NCBI GenBank assembly: GCA_002633005.1
Contig: NMRA01000276.1
Location: 137,414 to 201,413, forward strand
DNA: 64,000 bases
Source of the DNA: Phoronis australis
Lineage: Eukaryota; Animalia; Phoronida
Direction of reading: 5' to 3'
A program made the position numbers and the translations under genes. This document shows positions 1 to 13,982 of the stretch, piece after piece. Every line of letters begins with the position of its first letter. The first letter of the stretch is position 1. The notes below the pieces were generated by a model, which was not told the origin of the DNA, did no database searches, and saw only the letters and a program-made list of their open reading frames with translations.

Positions 1-630
1 CACATTCAACTTATTGTATCATAATAGTACCTGCACAAATACAACTTATTGTATCATAATAGTACCTGCACACATACAAATTATTGTATCATAATAGTAG
101 CTGCACACATACAACTTATTGTATCATAATAGTACCCGCATACATTCAACTTATTGTATCATAATAGTACCTGCACACATACAACTTATTGTATCATAAT
201 AGTACCTGCATACATTCAACTTATTGTGTCATAGAGGAGGCAGTGTGGCCTGGTTGATAAGTGCTCGCTTTCGTAACTCGAGGTCGTGGGTTCATGTCCC
301 ACCAGGTCACACTGCTAAACCCTTGAGCCAGGTTTCTAGCTCCTCAGCTCGGTTTTAACCTTTAACCATATATTAATAAAGCATAAAAATATTTCCAGGT
401 GATCAGTGCAATGGGCCCACATGTGAGGCCTGCGCACGTCTGGTACAACGTGTATCAGACCGCCTGCAATTATTTTTTTTATATATTGTGTCATAATAGT
501 ACCTGCACACATACAACTTATTGCACCATAATAGTACCTGCATATATACAACTTATTGTATCATAATAGTACCTGCATATATACAACTTATTGTATCAAA
601 ATAGTACCTGCACACATACAACTTATTGTC
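1..630. repeat. 35-bp minisatellite (acacatacaacttattgtatcataatagtacctgc), interrupted by a SINE
   Basis: Unit recurs at 35-bp spacing from the window start to about 630. Confidence 0.9.
234..483 (+). mobile_element. tRNA-derived SINE
   Basis: A-box-like TGGCCTGGTTG and B-box-like GGTTCATGTCCC; T/A-rich tail; flanked by 12-bp direct repeat tattgtgtcata (222-233 / 484-495). Confidence 0.7.
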
Positions 631-959
631 ACTCCTAGCATTATACACTACCAATGTGCTTGAGACAACATATAAATAACAATACTGGTATCAACATTTA
701 AAATATCCGTATATCATAACCTATGCCACGTATCTGTTCTGCTGGCAGTAGCTTTTTATATTACACTATCTGCGTTCTTAAACTTCACTTATAAATGGGT
801 TGGTTTTAGACAGTTCCAGGTATTACAAAGTTTTACTGTTATCAGGTACTTTCCAAAATGCTTACTCTCGGCCATTATCAATTTGACACCCACAGTGAGA
901 GCTCAGTAGACTCAAAAGTATAAACTAATTTATCTAATATCATTGTCATATATTTTCAA

Positions 960-2328
960 AATTACCTGGTTGAGATTTCTGGGGATGGCGACCACAACCC
1001 AGTGGGTTTTAACTGTCATAGGGCATTTGGTAACCAGTAACATCTATCTGAATCACGTGGAATTATTTATTGTGGTACCCAGAATAAAGACCTTGCTCCT
1101 TTTTAAGGTGTAAATGAGTGTCTGGCAAACACTTTCTAGAACACAATTTGTTGTCTGTCATGGGTCATCTGGTACGCCACGATTACTGGTTTTAAGTCAA
1201 TTTTAGCCAGTACCTCAGATATCTAATGTAGTTCAAAGTTTCAATGGCATACTGTGGTTGAGATTTTTGAGGGCTTCTGCCAGGCACAATCCAGAGTGTA
1301 TTTTGTCTGTCATAGAGCATTTATTGACCTAGGGCATTTATTGACCTGTGACATGTATTGAATCTCATGGGACTGGTTTTGTTTGGTACCTCGACTGTAT
1401 GTGCTAGCTCATTTTTGGAGTGTCCTTTTTTGGTTTCTGCCGGACCCATTACAGAGTGCAATTTGTCTGTCATGGATCATTCAATGTTCAGTGCCGTACT
1501 ACTGTTTGTTTTAAATCAGTTTTGGCCGGTACCTCAAAAATCTAGTCTAACTCAAATTTTTGATGGCATACCGTGGTTGAGATTTTTGAGGGTTTCTGCC
1601 AGACACATTCCAGAGTATATTTTGTCCATCATAGGGCATTTAGTGATCTGTGACATGTATTGAATCACATGAAATTGTTTTTTTTGGTACCTCGAATGTA
1701 TGTGCTAGCTCATTTTTGGGGGGTCCTTTTTGGTTTCTGTCGGACCCATTCCAGAGTGCAATTTGTTTGTCATGGGTCATTTGGTGTTCAGTGCCGTACT
1801 GTTGTTCATTTAAAATCAGTTTTGGCCGGTATCTCGAAAACCTAGTCTAGCTCAAATTTTATGGCATACTGTGGTTGACATTTTTGGTTTCTGCTGGGCA
1901 CAACCCAGAGTGTATTTTGTCTGTCATCATGGGGGTTTTAGTGAGCTGTGACATGTATTGAATCATATGGAGTTGATTTTTTGTGGTACCTCGAATGTAT
2001 GTGCTAGCTCATTTTTGGGGGGTCCTTTTTTGGTTTCTGCAGGACCCATTTCAGAGTGCAATTTGTCTACCATGGGTTATTCGGTTTTCAGTGTGGCATT
2101 ATCGTTCGTTTTAAATCAGTTTTGGCCGATACATCAAATATCTAGTCTACCTCATTTTTGGGCCATTTGTAAGGCCCCCAGGGGTCACACCCAGAGTGCA
2201 GACAATGGTAGACGTCCATTTCTGGGCATACTGAGGTGGACTCTAAATACTACCGTGGTCAGATGATGGTACCTCGTTCATCTCTGCTAAGTGCTCTGGG
2301 CTGCCGGTATAATACACGGGTTTCCTAG
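960..2328 (+). repeat. About 4 diverged ~300-bp tandem units, possibly inside a non-autonomous Helitron
   Basis: tggttgagatttt-like motif recurs at about 967, 1255, 1575 and 1872; array followed by ccggtataatacacggg-tttc-CTAG, resembling a Helitron 3' end. Confidence 0.55.
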
Positions 2329-2873
2329 GTGATTTTTTAATTAAAACTGTTTTTAAAAACTTTATGTAAATAAATGCATAGTTAGGCAACACTTTGTTCA
2401 TTTTTATAAATGATCAATGCTCCACAAAATTTAATTTGTGATTAATAGTTGATGCTTTTAAGAGGAAATTTACCGAATAAATGCCCCACTATCTGGACAC
2501 TTGACACAAGCAGTTGAGAAACCAAATTAACGCTCACAGGTGTTTAATCGGCATAATTTTATGAATAAACCCTCATGGGCATTTCATCGGGAAGGCTTAT
2601 CTACAGAAAACCCCAGTATCATGCTTGTGTCGGTTATGACAACTAGAAACTCAAAGACTGAGAGTTGTGATGAGCTGTAAGCAGCACTCACATATTGGCT
2701 AGTCATGATAGTTAGAAACTTTGAAGTGGCAGGACTGTAAGACATAATCAGTAGCTGATGAGTGATAGTCATGACAGCCAGAACAACAAAGACAGTGCAC
2801 CACAAGTAGTTGTTTGAGGTACTCGTGTTGGTCATGAGTTAGCAGGAATACGAGTTGAAGTCAAAAGTCATAC

Positions 2874-2985
2874 CTGACCGCATATTAGTCATGGTAGCTG
2901 GAAACTCTAAAGTAGTAGGATTGTGAGTCGTAATTCCAACTTCAATGGAGCCAGACCACTTGTCAACCATTCTGTCGATGCGAAT
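2874..2985 (-). CDS. NEURL4: NEURL4-like exon 4 (NHR2: [38 protein letters not shown])
   Basis: ttcag acceptor, gtatga donor, phase 0 to phase 1; NHR motif W-SGSIE-G; absent from the ORF track. Confidence 0.92.
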
Positions 2986-3029
2986 CTGAAAGAAGTTGTT
3001 GTATGATCGTCAAAAACTATGACTGGAAT

Positions 3030-3212
3030 TGCGAGGGAGGGGAATGGGAAGAGAAGAGGGGGGGTGTATAAAGGGGGTGGTGGATGGAGGGGGAGGCAGA
3101 TGGAAGGGAGGGGGATTAGGGAGAATGAGGGGAAGAGATGAATGGATAAAGAAGAGGGAGACAGGGTGGGCAAAAAGGGAATATAGGTACATGTAGAGAG
3201 GAGGAAGGGAAC
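3030..3212. repeat. Long G/A-rich low-complexity tract (polypyrimidine on the NEURL4 sense strand)
   Basis: Runs of GGG/GA just upstream of the exon 4 acceptor. Confidence 0.7.
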
Positions 3213-3629
3213 CCAAGGCTGGCGCACGTGCCACAAGGAGGCACAGCAGTTGCCCAACTAGTCTGAAAATCAGTGCTAACCATGCTCATTCACAAGTTGG
3301 ACAGATTTCACAATGTTCCTTCAGTGAAGTTGACTTGAGCAGGTGTGCACGCACACAAACACATTCTTGCTTAAAACTAAATGATTCTTTTTTACTACTG
3401 TTTCAAAGATTTGTTTGCGTAAGACAGGATTTCATATTTTTCCAAAGGAGACTACTGCTTAACATGGCAATATGGTTTCGATTTGCAGTTTTAGACAGTG
3501 AGTGGCACAACAAATTGTTGAAAACGTATATTAGCGTCAGCCAAGTTCTCATCATCAGAAACATCCGAGTGAAATTTAATACTGATTCATCAAACTGTTT
3601 GGTGCAAAGAGAGACAAGCTGCAAAACTG

Positions 3630-4050
3630 GTGCCAGAATACAAAAACTGTTAATAGCGAGAACACATGCCGTAGCTAGAAATACAAGCCATGAGCACAAC
3701 ATGTTGTGGCCAGAATACACGTCAGGAAGCAAGAGCACAACATGCCAGAGCCAGAATTACAAGCAAAGAGCACAACATGCCGGAACCAGAATTACACGCA
3801 AAGAGCACAACATGCCAGAGCCAGAAATAAAAGCAAATAGCACAACATGCCGGAACCAGAATTACAAGCAAAGAGCACAACATGCCAGAGCCAGAAATAA
3901 AAGCAAATAGCACAACATGCCGGAACCAGAATTACAAGCAAAGAGCACAACATGCCCGAGCCAGAAATACACGCAAATAGCACAATATGCCGGAGCTAGA
4001 AATACAAGCAAAGAGCAAATCATGCCACAGTCAGAAACGCAAGCAAAGAA
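3630..4050. repeat. 35-bp minisatellite with a 70-bp higher-order dimer (aagcaaagagcacaacatgccggaaccagaattac)
   Basis: Direct tandem units; explains the repetitive ORFs at 3335-4059. Confidence 0.88.
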
Positions 4051-4159
4051 TTTCATCAAGTTTCAGAAAGGAACTCAGTAGTTACATACTAAGGCAAACA
4101 CGAAATTAATTGCCAACAGGGTCCAAAACACTACTTTAATCAATTTGTAACTCAACGTA

Positions 4160-7100
4160 CCCTATTCGTCCTGATAACCGCCCATGCTCCTATAAACACC
4201 CCCACGCGTTTTCAGACTTTGCTAAAATAACCGCCCAGCCCAGGAACGTGTACTCTGGAGTTCCGAATAGTAGTAGAGACAGCAATAATAGTATAGACTG
4301 GAAAACTTCACGATTTTTAATAATAGTAGAGACTCTAATAATAGTATAGACCCAACATTTTTGTCACTAGAAAAGTGGAATAATAGTATAGGCCGGAAAT
4401 TTGTCGGAAAAAATTAATAATAGTATAGAATGGAATAATGGTATAGACGACGAATTTGTGGAAATTTAAACATAGTATAGACTGGAATAATAATATTGAC
4501 AACAAATTTAGGTAAAATCTAATAATGATATAGAAAGGAATAATGCAAAACAGCAAATTCTAAGGAATAATGGTATAGGCGGGAAATTTGTGGAAAATTA
4601 AAAATAATATAGACTGGAATAATAACATTGATTACAAATTTGCGTAAAATCTAGTGACGGTAGATGGAAATAATAGGAAGTGCAAAGTCTGATAATGATG
4701 TAGATGGGATTGGAATAATAGTGCAAAGAAGCATATTCTGTCTCAGTGACTTACCACCGCTTTAAGTAATTGTTTCAAAGAAAAACTTTTAAATTGAACA
4801 TTAGCACAGTTAAATTATTGCAGTGGTGTATCCACACATGCCATAACATAGTACAGTGAAGTGGAATAAAGTGTCATTGCTAAAACAAAGACCATTCGTT
4901 TATTCAATAACTTTAAATGGAAGTCTATATAGATGTGTTTCAAACAGTATGCGTTATCATTTTACTCAAAAAAGAATGTGACATTCAATACTAGAGATGC
5001 CAATGTCGACTAAGTCCAAAAATTATAAAATTTCTTTGGTAAAACGAGTCGCATTTTTATCATACATGTTCCTGACAGTCGAGCCTTTGTTTCTCTCAAT
5101 CTCATGTCTTGCACAACCTTCATAGTCAATACCCTCGTAATGTTAGTCAGAATTCGACGTCAAAATGTCAGTACAGCCAAAATTTTACACAGCCAGAAAT
5201 TGAGATTTCTTGCAGAATTGCCCAACATTCGAGTCCACGACCACAGCTACGTCCACCATCTTGAATATCTAATTAGGTATAACAAACCGATTCACGTGTG
5301 CTTTTCCATTTATTTGGAAGGGAGAGCAAGTAGAAATCAATTTCAATAGACATCGACTGGATTGTCAAAAGTCCATTCTTCCTGTTCATAAAAACAATCC
5401 ATTATCCAGTTTGGAGCGAATTGTAAAAATGCTGATGTCCGATGATGATGTCGGCAACTTGCTGGTACTTTGTTGATTCTACTAGGAACCTGGTTCCTAG
5501 GTTGATTGAAAGGTTCCACACCATTCATTTACTGCACGGGTATTTGCGCTTCGTTGACTTGCCGCGTTATCACCATGGTCCGTATCTATAGCTGGATTAT
5601 TTGTCGTAACAGCATCTGAATCAATGTCTGTATCTGGTATATCTCTCGGTTTGTAAAATAATCCTCGAATGCTTTTAGGCCTTTGCGCGGCAGACGACAT
5701 GATTACGTACGTAGAATGCGCATGTCAATAATGACGGAAACCGCAGATGACACTGGCTGTGCAAATTCCCGGAATTACTCCCCCGGAAACGCAAACTTCG
5801 GGGACAGACACAGTGAAGAGTTGTTACGGCTTGCCAGTTTTTCACAGGGTGCAATCATAAATATTGGATCACCCAAAGAAATTCGTGGAAAGCGTTTTTA
5901 TTCATATGTATATTGAGCTGCCGGTAACACCGTTCTGTGTCACGAGGCGCCCGGAATATTGAAAAATGCACTTTTTGTGCATTAAATTCATCATTTCTGA
6001 AAATACTGATAACCTATTGCTTTGAGCGACTGCCGACCAGCCGTTAATATTAATAGAAGTGGTCATCATTTCAAGCTTTTTAAATTTTGCCAACACTTTC
6101 TTAATTCTGACCGATCCCGTCGAACCCGTCCAAAATAACATTCTGGCCGTCCAGCAGACAGGCGCTGTGTAAACCCTTGCTTTTGAGTCCGATTATTTAC
6201 GCTTTGAAACACATACAGTAACTGTTGTATATTTTAGCGAATAAAATCTTTTAATGTGTATGACATGTGACTTCCGCGTGTAACGCGGAGTCGTATTTTG
6301 TTCTTCTAAATTACGAAATTTGATCTGAGTGTCTCGTGGTCTAGAGGTTTAAAGCGAATTTGGAGCAAACTATCCGTGTCTTACAACCATGGTACGATAC
6401 CCGGAGTAATCAGATAATTTTTTGTAACAAATTTGTAATGAATGAAACAAAAATTGAGAACTTGCAGAATCAAATAATCGTAGAGTGGGAAAAGGTTAGA
6501 AAATTAATAAGCGTAGAGACCCGAATAAGCGTCGTTTTGACCGGAAAACGAGGCTGAAAAAAAATAATCGTATAGATATGACTATTCGGAACTCGAGAGT
6601 ACGTGCGCAAAATGCCTTACCTACATTCCTAGAATTCTATAGCAACGTCTTCAATTTATCAATAATATCCAACAGTCCTGAAACAAATCGTTGCGCGCAG
6701 AATTTATAGACCACGAGCCTCGTCGCTATGTTGGTATTTAGCCGTAACTATAAACTTCCAACTTCCGGTCGCCGAGCAATCCAAAACGAACACATAAGTT
6801 TTGCTGATCTTGCGAGGAATGTGTCCCACTATGACGGTCTGGCCTTTCAGAAGAGACATAGTGTACTAATTGTTAACGGGATTGCATAGTAGATAATTTG
6901 CGCTTTCAACAGGAATCTAAATTTCTTTGTATACGTGAAAACAGAGAATCGAAGACTAATAAAAAACTTGGCCAGTATTAAAAGCACGTGGCCAGGAAGC
7001 GCGCTACATACATGTACCTGTCACCAAAAACGTTAGTCGGGAACTATCCATTCATGAAAAGGGTGGCATAGCATCCGCAAGAAATGAATTAAATCAGTTT

Positions 7101-8212
7101 TTGGCAACAATAAGATCAAAGACCGGACGATCGCCAAACAAATAAAAAGTTCATGTTCAATTCAACGTTTCATCTTTTCATTAGACATCATCAGGATCAT
7201 ATTTACAATAATTTAGGACAACAAGTGCCAACATACAGCTCAGGTAACATCCATAGAATGAAGTGAGAGATACATAGAATATGGTCAGTAGCTGGTCATC
7301 ACCATAGCTGCAGGGTCACAGAGCTCTGCGTATTATTCAGAGAATCAGTGGCATGAATTAAGCCCAATATCCAACAAAATGACCACTAACAGTGAATGCT
7401 TACACACCCTTAAACCGAAAAATAACTGTCAGTCACGTACACATCCAGCCACACGGCAACTAATACGGGCCTCAAGGCCGAGACAAATGTTGAACGTTTT
7501 TAGCACAAGAACTGCAAGTGCTGAATGAAACACGTTCTGCTTTAGGTCTACTGCTTGTGCTAATTCCTTTAGATACAATGCACATCTAGCTCGTTAGATT
7601 GCGTTTACTCTGGCCAAAGACGGTCTCTGCTCTGGCAAATGAACTCTGGTGACATGCACGCCCTCGCTTACTCACAAACGCAGACAAAGTTCAAAACAAA
7701 AACGTCACGTAACAACAACATGTGTGTTCGTCTAGAGATTTTTCTAGTGTTGCCGATCATAGATGGCACGATGTAGCACAGATTTGTACTTAAACCAGCC
7801 GTTAATCCCAAATCCACGGGAACTTAAATCTTAGGGATGCTATTTGGAAAACTTAAGGAGGATTTCAGGTAATTTGTAGAGTCGAAACTGTATTTTTATT
7901 CAAACATTCAAGTTGCCATGTTGACGAATTGCGAGGCAGTCAGCCAATGAGTTCTGACCCTGGGATTTCAGCACAATTTTCTGTAAAATGATCGTAATTT
8001 AGCAGCAACGTTTAATAGCAATGCACCACGATTTTATAGAAAGTCTTTCATAGGTTACAGATACGTCACAGAGCGTAAACATGATGAATTTTAGCTTCCG
8101 ATTTCACCCATTCCGGAGACTGGGTTTCAACCGCCTTGGGTTACAATAAGTGCCCCCCCCCCCCGAAACGAACTTTTCTAAGCGCCCTAGACGGTTATTT
8201 GGGCGAATACGG
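4160..8212 (+). mobile_element. Non-autonomous Tc1/mariner(pogo)-like TIR element, copy 1, with nested insertion
   Basis: TA|CCCTATTCGTCC ... GGCGAATACGG|TA; body is homologous to 39209-40601. Confidence 0.7.
4253..6599. mobile_element. Nested TA-target TIR element
   Basis: TA|CTCTGGAGTTCCGAATAG ... CTATTCGGAACTCGAGAG|TA; empty site (gaacgtgTAc) visible in the 39209 copy; subterminal AATAGTATAG repeats. Confidence 0.75.
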
Positions 8213-9120
8213 TATGTCATGATTTACGGTAAAAACACATGTACAGGTTAGAGTGAATACTTTAAAGAACTTGGATTAAGTTTAGGTGCGAAAAGTTAAA
8301 CTGCCATTACGGTTTGGCAGTTGCTGGATTTGTCAAAAAGTAAATGTCAGCCAATACGGCCATGCTCTCCTATCCGGAATGTTATCTGTTAAATATCACG
8401 ATCCTCCACTGAAACTAGGAGGTAAAGAAGCAGTGGAAAAAGTTAAAAAAGCTAAAACTGCCATTAGGGTGCATACTGGTATTCAGCTCCATCCAAAAGT
8501 CAATGTTAGCCCAATGCTCTTGTAAGTAAGAAGATATTCATCAAGTTTCATAACGATCCTTCACTGAACATGTTAGATATTGCGCCAGGTGAAAAAAATA
8601 AAACTGCCACTTGGGGACATATCAGTATACTAGGATCCCCCGAAAATCAATGTCAGGCATGCTCTTGTTTAAATAGAACATATCTCTCAACATTCCTAAG
8701 GAACAATTTGGCAGACAGAGAGGCGGATGCAAAAAAATAGAACAAAAATGCTAAAATCACCATGAGGAGGCTTAGCTTAAAAATTCATAGTTGGGGTTGC
8801 CTCATTTCAAGGAACACATCTGCCACATTTAATAAATACCAGCAAATGATTTCAAGTTGGTAAAAATAGACCCAAAAATTTGCTGCTAAGAATTGTATCA
8901 AAGTCATTCATCTATCGTCTGCAGATCCTGCAAAGAATTTAGAACTGATATGGATGACAAATGCCAAACTCAGGACACCCAGACAGATATTACGGCAAAA
9001 TACATCCACATGTGTATATGACGGACAGTTGTATATATGGCCAATCTCAATTATTTACGAGAGACATTGTTGTTTTTTTTACAGCTGGGTTCATTATAAG
9101 CTCAGTAGCAAAGTACACAC

Positions 9121-9326
9121 CTCAAACAGTTCATCATCCTTCACAGGTCTGTTTGTCATGACAACTCCATTGTTGAACTCATCCATAGGACGCCGTCGCT
9201 CGCCTGTGCGGCGGTTGTTGCTTAGTTTCACCAAGCTCCCGCACTTCTCGTGAAAAGTCAGTCTTTCATTGGAGTGTGTGAAAGTAGCCTCAGCAATAGC
9301 TTCGTTGGTTATTTCATTGGCTATCA
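9121..9326 (-). CDS. NEURL4: NEURL4-like exon 3 (linker plus NHR2 start: ...[47 protein letters not shown])
   Basis: catttcag acceptor, gtgtgt donor; phase 1 in and phase 0 out, compatible with neighbouring exons; NHR motif EFNNGVV. Confidence 0.92.
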
Positions 9327-9839
9327 CTGAAATGAAATGCAAAGCCTGTTCACTGAACGCAAGCCTCCTCTCCCTAATGTCACTTCGACTTGGCTTTTGA
9401 TCTTCTTCATTCTCCGACTCCATATCAAACATATATATAGCACAAGATGTTACCATAGTCACCAAATTTGGATTTAATTCCCCTTTCCTTGCCTTTGCAC
9501 CATAACATTCCCAACCATTTCAAGATTTCGAGCAAAAGATGATGAAACAGCAATGCATTTATCAAAATCCAGCTATTAATGCCAGCGAAACAACACAGTT
9601 TGGAAAGACAGTGAACAACTGTTGGTTATTTACACAAGACATCAACAACAGGCACTCGCCCTCCTTGACAACCGATCAGTTATTAGAAATGCAAAGAAAA
9701 TAACAACATGTTCAAACAGCAAGCACATGCCATCTATCTGGCCAAAAGCAATACTGACAGAAAAAGAAGGGGAAAATGTAAAACTAATACATCAATCCAT
9801 ATTATTATTTAATCAAAAGATTATATGAAAACATAGAAA

Positions 9840-10320
9840 CCAAATGAGCCAATAACATGTTGGGTATACATAAGACCCTAACATTGCAAATGAGCCAATA
9901 AATTCTTGGGTACATGAGACCCCAGCATTGCAAATGAGCCCACAGCTTGTTGGGTATACATGAAACCCCAATACTGCAAATGAGCCAATAACTTGTTGGG
10001 TATTCATGATACCCTAACATTGAAAATGAGCCAATAACTTGTTGGGTACATGAGACCCCAGCATTGCAAATGAGCCCATAACTTGTTGGGTATACATGAG
10101 ACCCCAACATTGCAAATGAGCCCATAACTTGTTGGTTATACATGAGACCCCAACATTGCAAATGAGCCAATAACTTGTTGGGTATACATGAGACCTCAAC
10201 ATTGCAAATTAAACAATAACTTGTTAGGTATACATGAGACCCCAACATTGCAAATGAGCCAATAACTTGTTGGGTATACATAAGACCCCAACATTGCAAA
10301 TAAGCCCATAACTTGTTGGG
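9840..10320. repeat. 46-bp minisatellite (gagaccccaacattgcaaatgagccaataacttgttgggtatacat)
   Basis: About 10 tandem units. Confidence 0.9.
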
Positions 10321-12440
10321 CAGGCCTCCACATGAGCTGCAGGTCGCATTTGCGACCTGAAATTTGGAAATGCGAGCTAAGATTTTTGCCAGCTCGTATC
10401 AACTCGCAAAATGCGATCTAGAATTTCCAACGTATGCGACCTGAATTTTTACACTTCTCGTCAGATGCCAGGCAAATATAAAGCAACTCGTGTGAATCCA
10501 ACCAATCTTTGGTTGATGCCAAATCAAGCTCAAAAGAACACTATCCGACTAAGAACAGCTCTCCCGATGACTTGTAAGCGTTTAGCGTGAACATCGGATA
10601 ATGCAGAATCGATCTTCGGCGCATTTCATTGGCTAGCATTTTCGGCTACTTTTGTAAATTTCCAGATGTGCCGAAGAAAGTTTCAGACAACAACATAACA
10701 AGCGATGAAACGTCACAAAACAGCGGTATTTCTACTACTTCTTAGATGATCAACTTGCCAAACTTTGTGGTGTAAAAACGTACTTATTTTTCATGCAAGA
10801 TGTCCTTATTATCAAATATCTACGACAAAATCCCTGATATCACACTGCGGCACTGGTCGGTCCCGTTGTTAGCACGCAAGCAGTCTCTGCAGACGACCGT
10901 GACTTGGAAATTTAAGTCTCTTGCCAAGAAATTCTCAAACCCTTTACTTGTTTATGTGGCTACGTGCGTGACATACGAGTTGTCTGTCCCATGTTGTTGC
11001 TGACGTAAAGTGTAGGTCTATTCCTGCGATTCAAGTGCGTGAACTCATACTGGAACACCACTCCAAAGCAGCACAACAAAAGAGAACAGCGACAGTCCTA
11101 AACGGAAGAGTATACCAGCTTGGTTCTCTTAAGCACTCGGGTGCCAATGGTTTATTTGACAATGAACGTAGTAGATTCCCGACGGTTAAGAAAGACCCGA
11201 TGATTTACGATATTCTCCGGGACCGATGTAGCCCATAACTGATATTTTCCTGTTCCGATGTTCCCCAGGTCAATGTTCCCTAAGTCCGACGATCTATCCT
11301 CGTAGCCAGCTAATGCAACAAAACGATTAGATGCGAAATTGTGGTTAGCGAACTTTTTATTCTAACTCTTCTTACACCCCACCCCCTGCCAATTTTGCGC
11401 TCCCTGGACAACGCCGTAAAATTAATTCTCAGACTCCAATATAAAGACTCTTATTCCGACTGAAAGGGGTAATTAAAAACAAAATTATTCCGGGTGTCTA
11501 AAAAGGGTAAAGCGCATGCGTGCACCCAGGGGGTGAGGAGGGCTCGAACAAGCCCCCGCATTTGGCGAAATGGGCAAATTGGTCCGCCTCAGTCCACAGG
11601 AATTCGGCGCAACAGCACAATTCATCGGTCTGAACATAATACCCAGATTTTTTTAGTTCCCTTTTTTCAATAAAAGGTCCACATTCTGAGCCCCCCCTAT
11701 ATTTTAGGCTGGGTGTGCACATGCAGCGCAAGTGGTAACGATAACCAGAAAGTCACCCGTACTAAATGGATTTTGTCTCACAAAATAGTATTGTAATAAC
11801 ATTTCGTACTATTGCAGTCTTTCAATATCTTATTACTGCCAACACTCATGTTAAGGACTATGCTCACGCATGCGTCTACTGCCTACCTTTGAAGTGTTTC
11901 ATAATAAGCGCTCACTAAGCGTTTCCCCTCAACTTCTGAGAATTTCCAAATCTGCCCCAACGGTTCAGGCTAGCGCCCATCACAGCGCACTACAGACGAC
12001 CACACACGTGGTTTAAAATTGACAGGCAACCTACGTATTGAGTCACTCTCATTTTACACAACAAATTCAGTTTTCAAAGAAAACCTTTTTTCTCAATATA
12101 TAAGAAACCAAACCCCAGCATTGTTTGTAAACCTCTGAAAGAAAGTTAAGACTAGTGACATAAGTGTCGTTTTGTGACTGACCTATATTTTCCCATTCGT
12201 GGAAGGTATTGAGGAGCAAACTTGAATTACCGTGTACCCGATGGAAACCCGCACAGATTTGGAATTATTTCAAGGCCTTTCATTTCATGAAAACTAATTG
12301 TTGAGTACTTAACATCATAAGTCCAAAATTTCTGTTGTGAAATTTGCACTGATTTGTACCTGCGCATCCACATATGTCATTCGGCTAGGGCAACGTTTCA
12401 CGGATTTCTTCGACATGATGTTTTTCAAACGTCGACTTAA
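10321..12440 (+). mobile_element. ~2.3-kb CAGG-ended non-autonomous element (hAT-like), copy 1, truncated at a TTAA
   Basis: Colinear with 33509-35878 and 43310-45672; homology stops at gtcgacTTAA (12437-12440). Confidence 0.8.
11515..11723. mobile_element. Small MITE (CATGCGTGCACCC termini); related inverted copy at 44298-44544
   Basis: Terminal inverted repeats; absent from sister copies at this position; 5-bp TSD-like flanks (aagcg/cagcg; cgatg/cgatg in the other copy). Confidence 0.65.
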
Positions 12441-12724
12441 AGCCCTTAAAGAATTAGCAATAAACGCTCTCTTGTATTCAAAATACATATATTTATGATT
12501 CTAATAGCGTGAGTTTTAATAATCACGGACCACCTGTTAATTAATAACAGAATTAATTGCGCCACTTTCATACTTTGTCGTCTGCCACAACCTGAGATTA
12601 TTTTTTAACCAATCAGCGCTAAGTAACGTGTACGTTTAGAGTCATTCACTTCCGGGATACGGTACTTGACTGGTGGATTTGGTTGCTCGGGCCAGTCAGT
12701 TTTTCGTAAAAAGTGACAAGCGAC

Positions 12725-12966
12725 ATGCCTGGGTACAACCAGTGTGTAGTATACGGATGCAGCAACAGAAGTGGGCCTGGAATCCATATGCACGGATTCC
12801 CGGTGGCAAACGCGGCAGCTTGCCGAGCTTGGAATAGCTTCGTAAGCTGCACGAGAAAGGACTGGCGAGGCCATTCAAAGTATTTGAAGATTTGCAGCGT
12901 GCATTTTACCGAGGACTCGTACGAGGACGACATAAGGGCTAAATTCTTCCCTGAGTTCAAGTCTAG
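12725..12966 (+). CDS. THAP zinc-finger protein exon 1 (MPGYNQCVVYGCSNR...FP...W...ICSVHF)
   Basis: Intact C-x4-C...C-x2-H with conserved P, W and F; AG|gtgagt donor. Confidence 0.85.
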
Positions 12967-13982
12967 GTGAGTTTTTTTTTTCTTATAGTGTCTTGATTGC
13001 GATAAAAATAACGTCATTTCTCTCTGATCTCAAAGCCTCGTTGATCCGAGGCTCTCGGCGATTTTTCTATAGCTGGTCTAAAAGCTGATTAAATCCGCTC
13101 AATCGTTTGTCATTTTTCACTAATCGACCAGTAAATGCGTTGATTTGGTATATGAGCTCTCATTTGTGGCGATATTTTTTTCAACACGGAAAATCTTATA
13201 AAGATTTCGACGTTTTTTTGTTCAGTTGTGTCACTAGTAAATCCAAAATGGCGGACGTCAATTATTCCGATGTCGATTATACATACGTTTTGTGGTTATA
13301 TTTTTTGCGCCTAGTACTGGCAAGCGTGTGACATGGAAGATGACATGAAGTAATCATTTGTTCGCACAAGTTATTTGAATTAGTCAATCTTAGGCCTATT
13401 GAGTGCAGTGGTCGGATATAGTGGTACCAGATTTAGAGAACCACTTCCATCCACTAAGTACCGGGCCAGTTATTCAGTGCCTGGCCCTCTAAACCAGAGA
13501 ACGTTATATCCGCCCAGTGCCGACATGTCGTTTGTTTTCTGCTTGATTCAAGTATTGACCTTTTTGGAATTACAATTGATTTCAATGAAGTGTTCGCATG
13601 GAATGATAAAGTTTTAATAAAGAAATCACGCATCCCGGGGGGGGGTTAGCGGGGGTCATTTATTAATTTTGTGAAGCACAATTTTTTATGAGCATAAGTG
13701 TCGCTTTTGAACATAATAGTCTAACATATTTAAATGTTCATTAATTTAAAACAGAACCAGGAAAACTAAATTCCACATATCATATGTGAATACCTGCTAT
13801 GCTTTATTTTTCAAATATTGTAGACATCCACAATTTCTCTACAGTGAGAACACGCCTTTCGTTGCTGTTTTATTGAAATATATTTTTCTTATTTTCACAT
13901 GATGAGTAGTTGTGTGAGTTTCTCCTCTAAACACTTGTAATGTAAAGCATTTTCATTTTCTAAATATTGATTTTCTATGCAG

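Noticed and set aside
3335-4059. Overlapping Cys/Leu-rich or Gln-rich ORFs
   Set aside because: Products of the 35-bp minisatellite
9327-9465. N-terminal extension of ORF 9094-9465
   Set aside because: Lies upstream of a strong acceptor whose phase matches exon 2; treated as intron read-through
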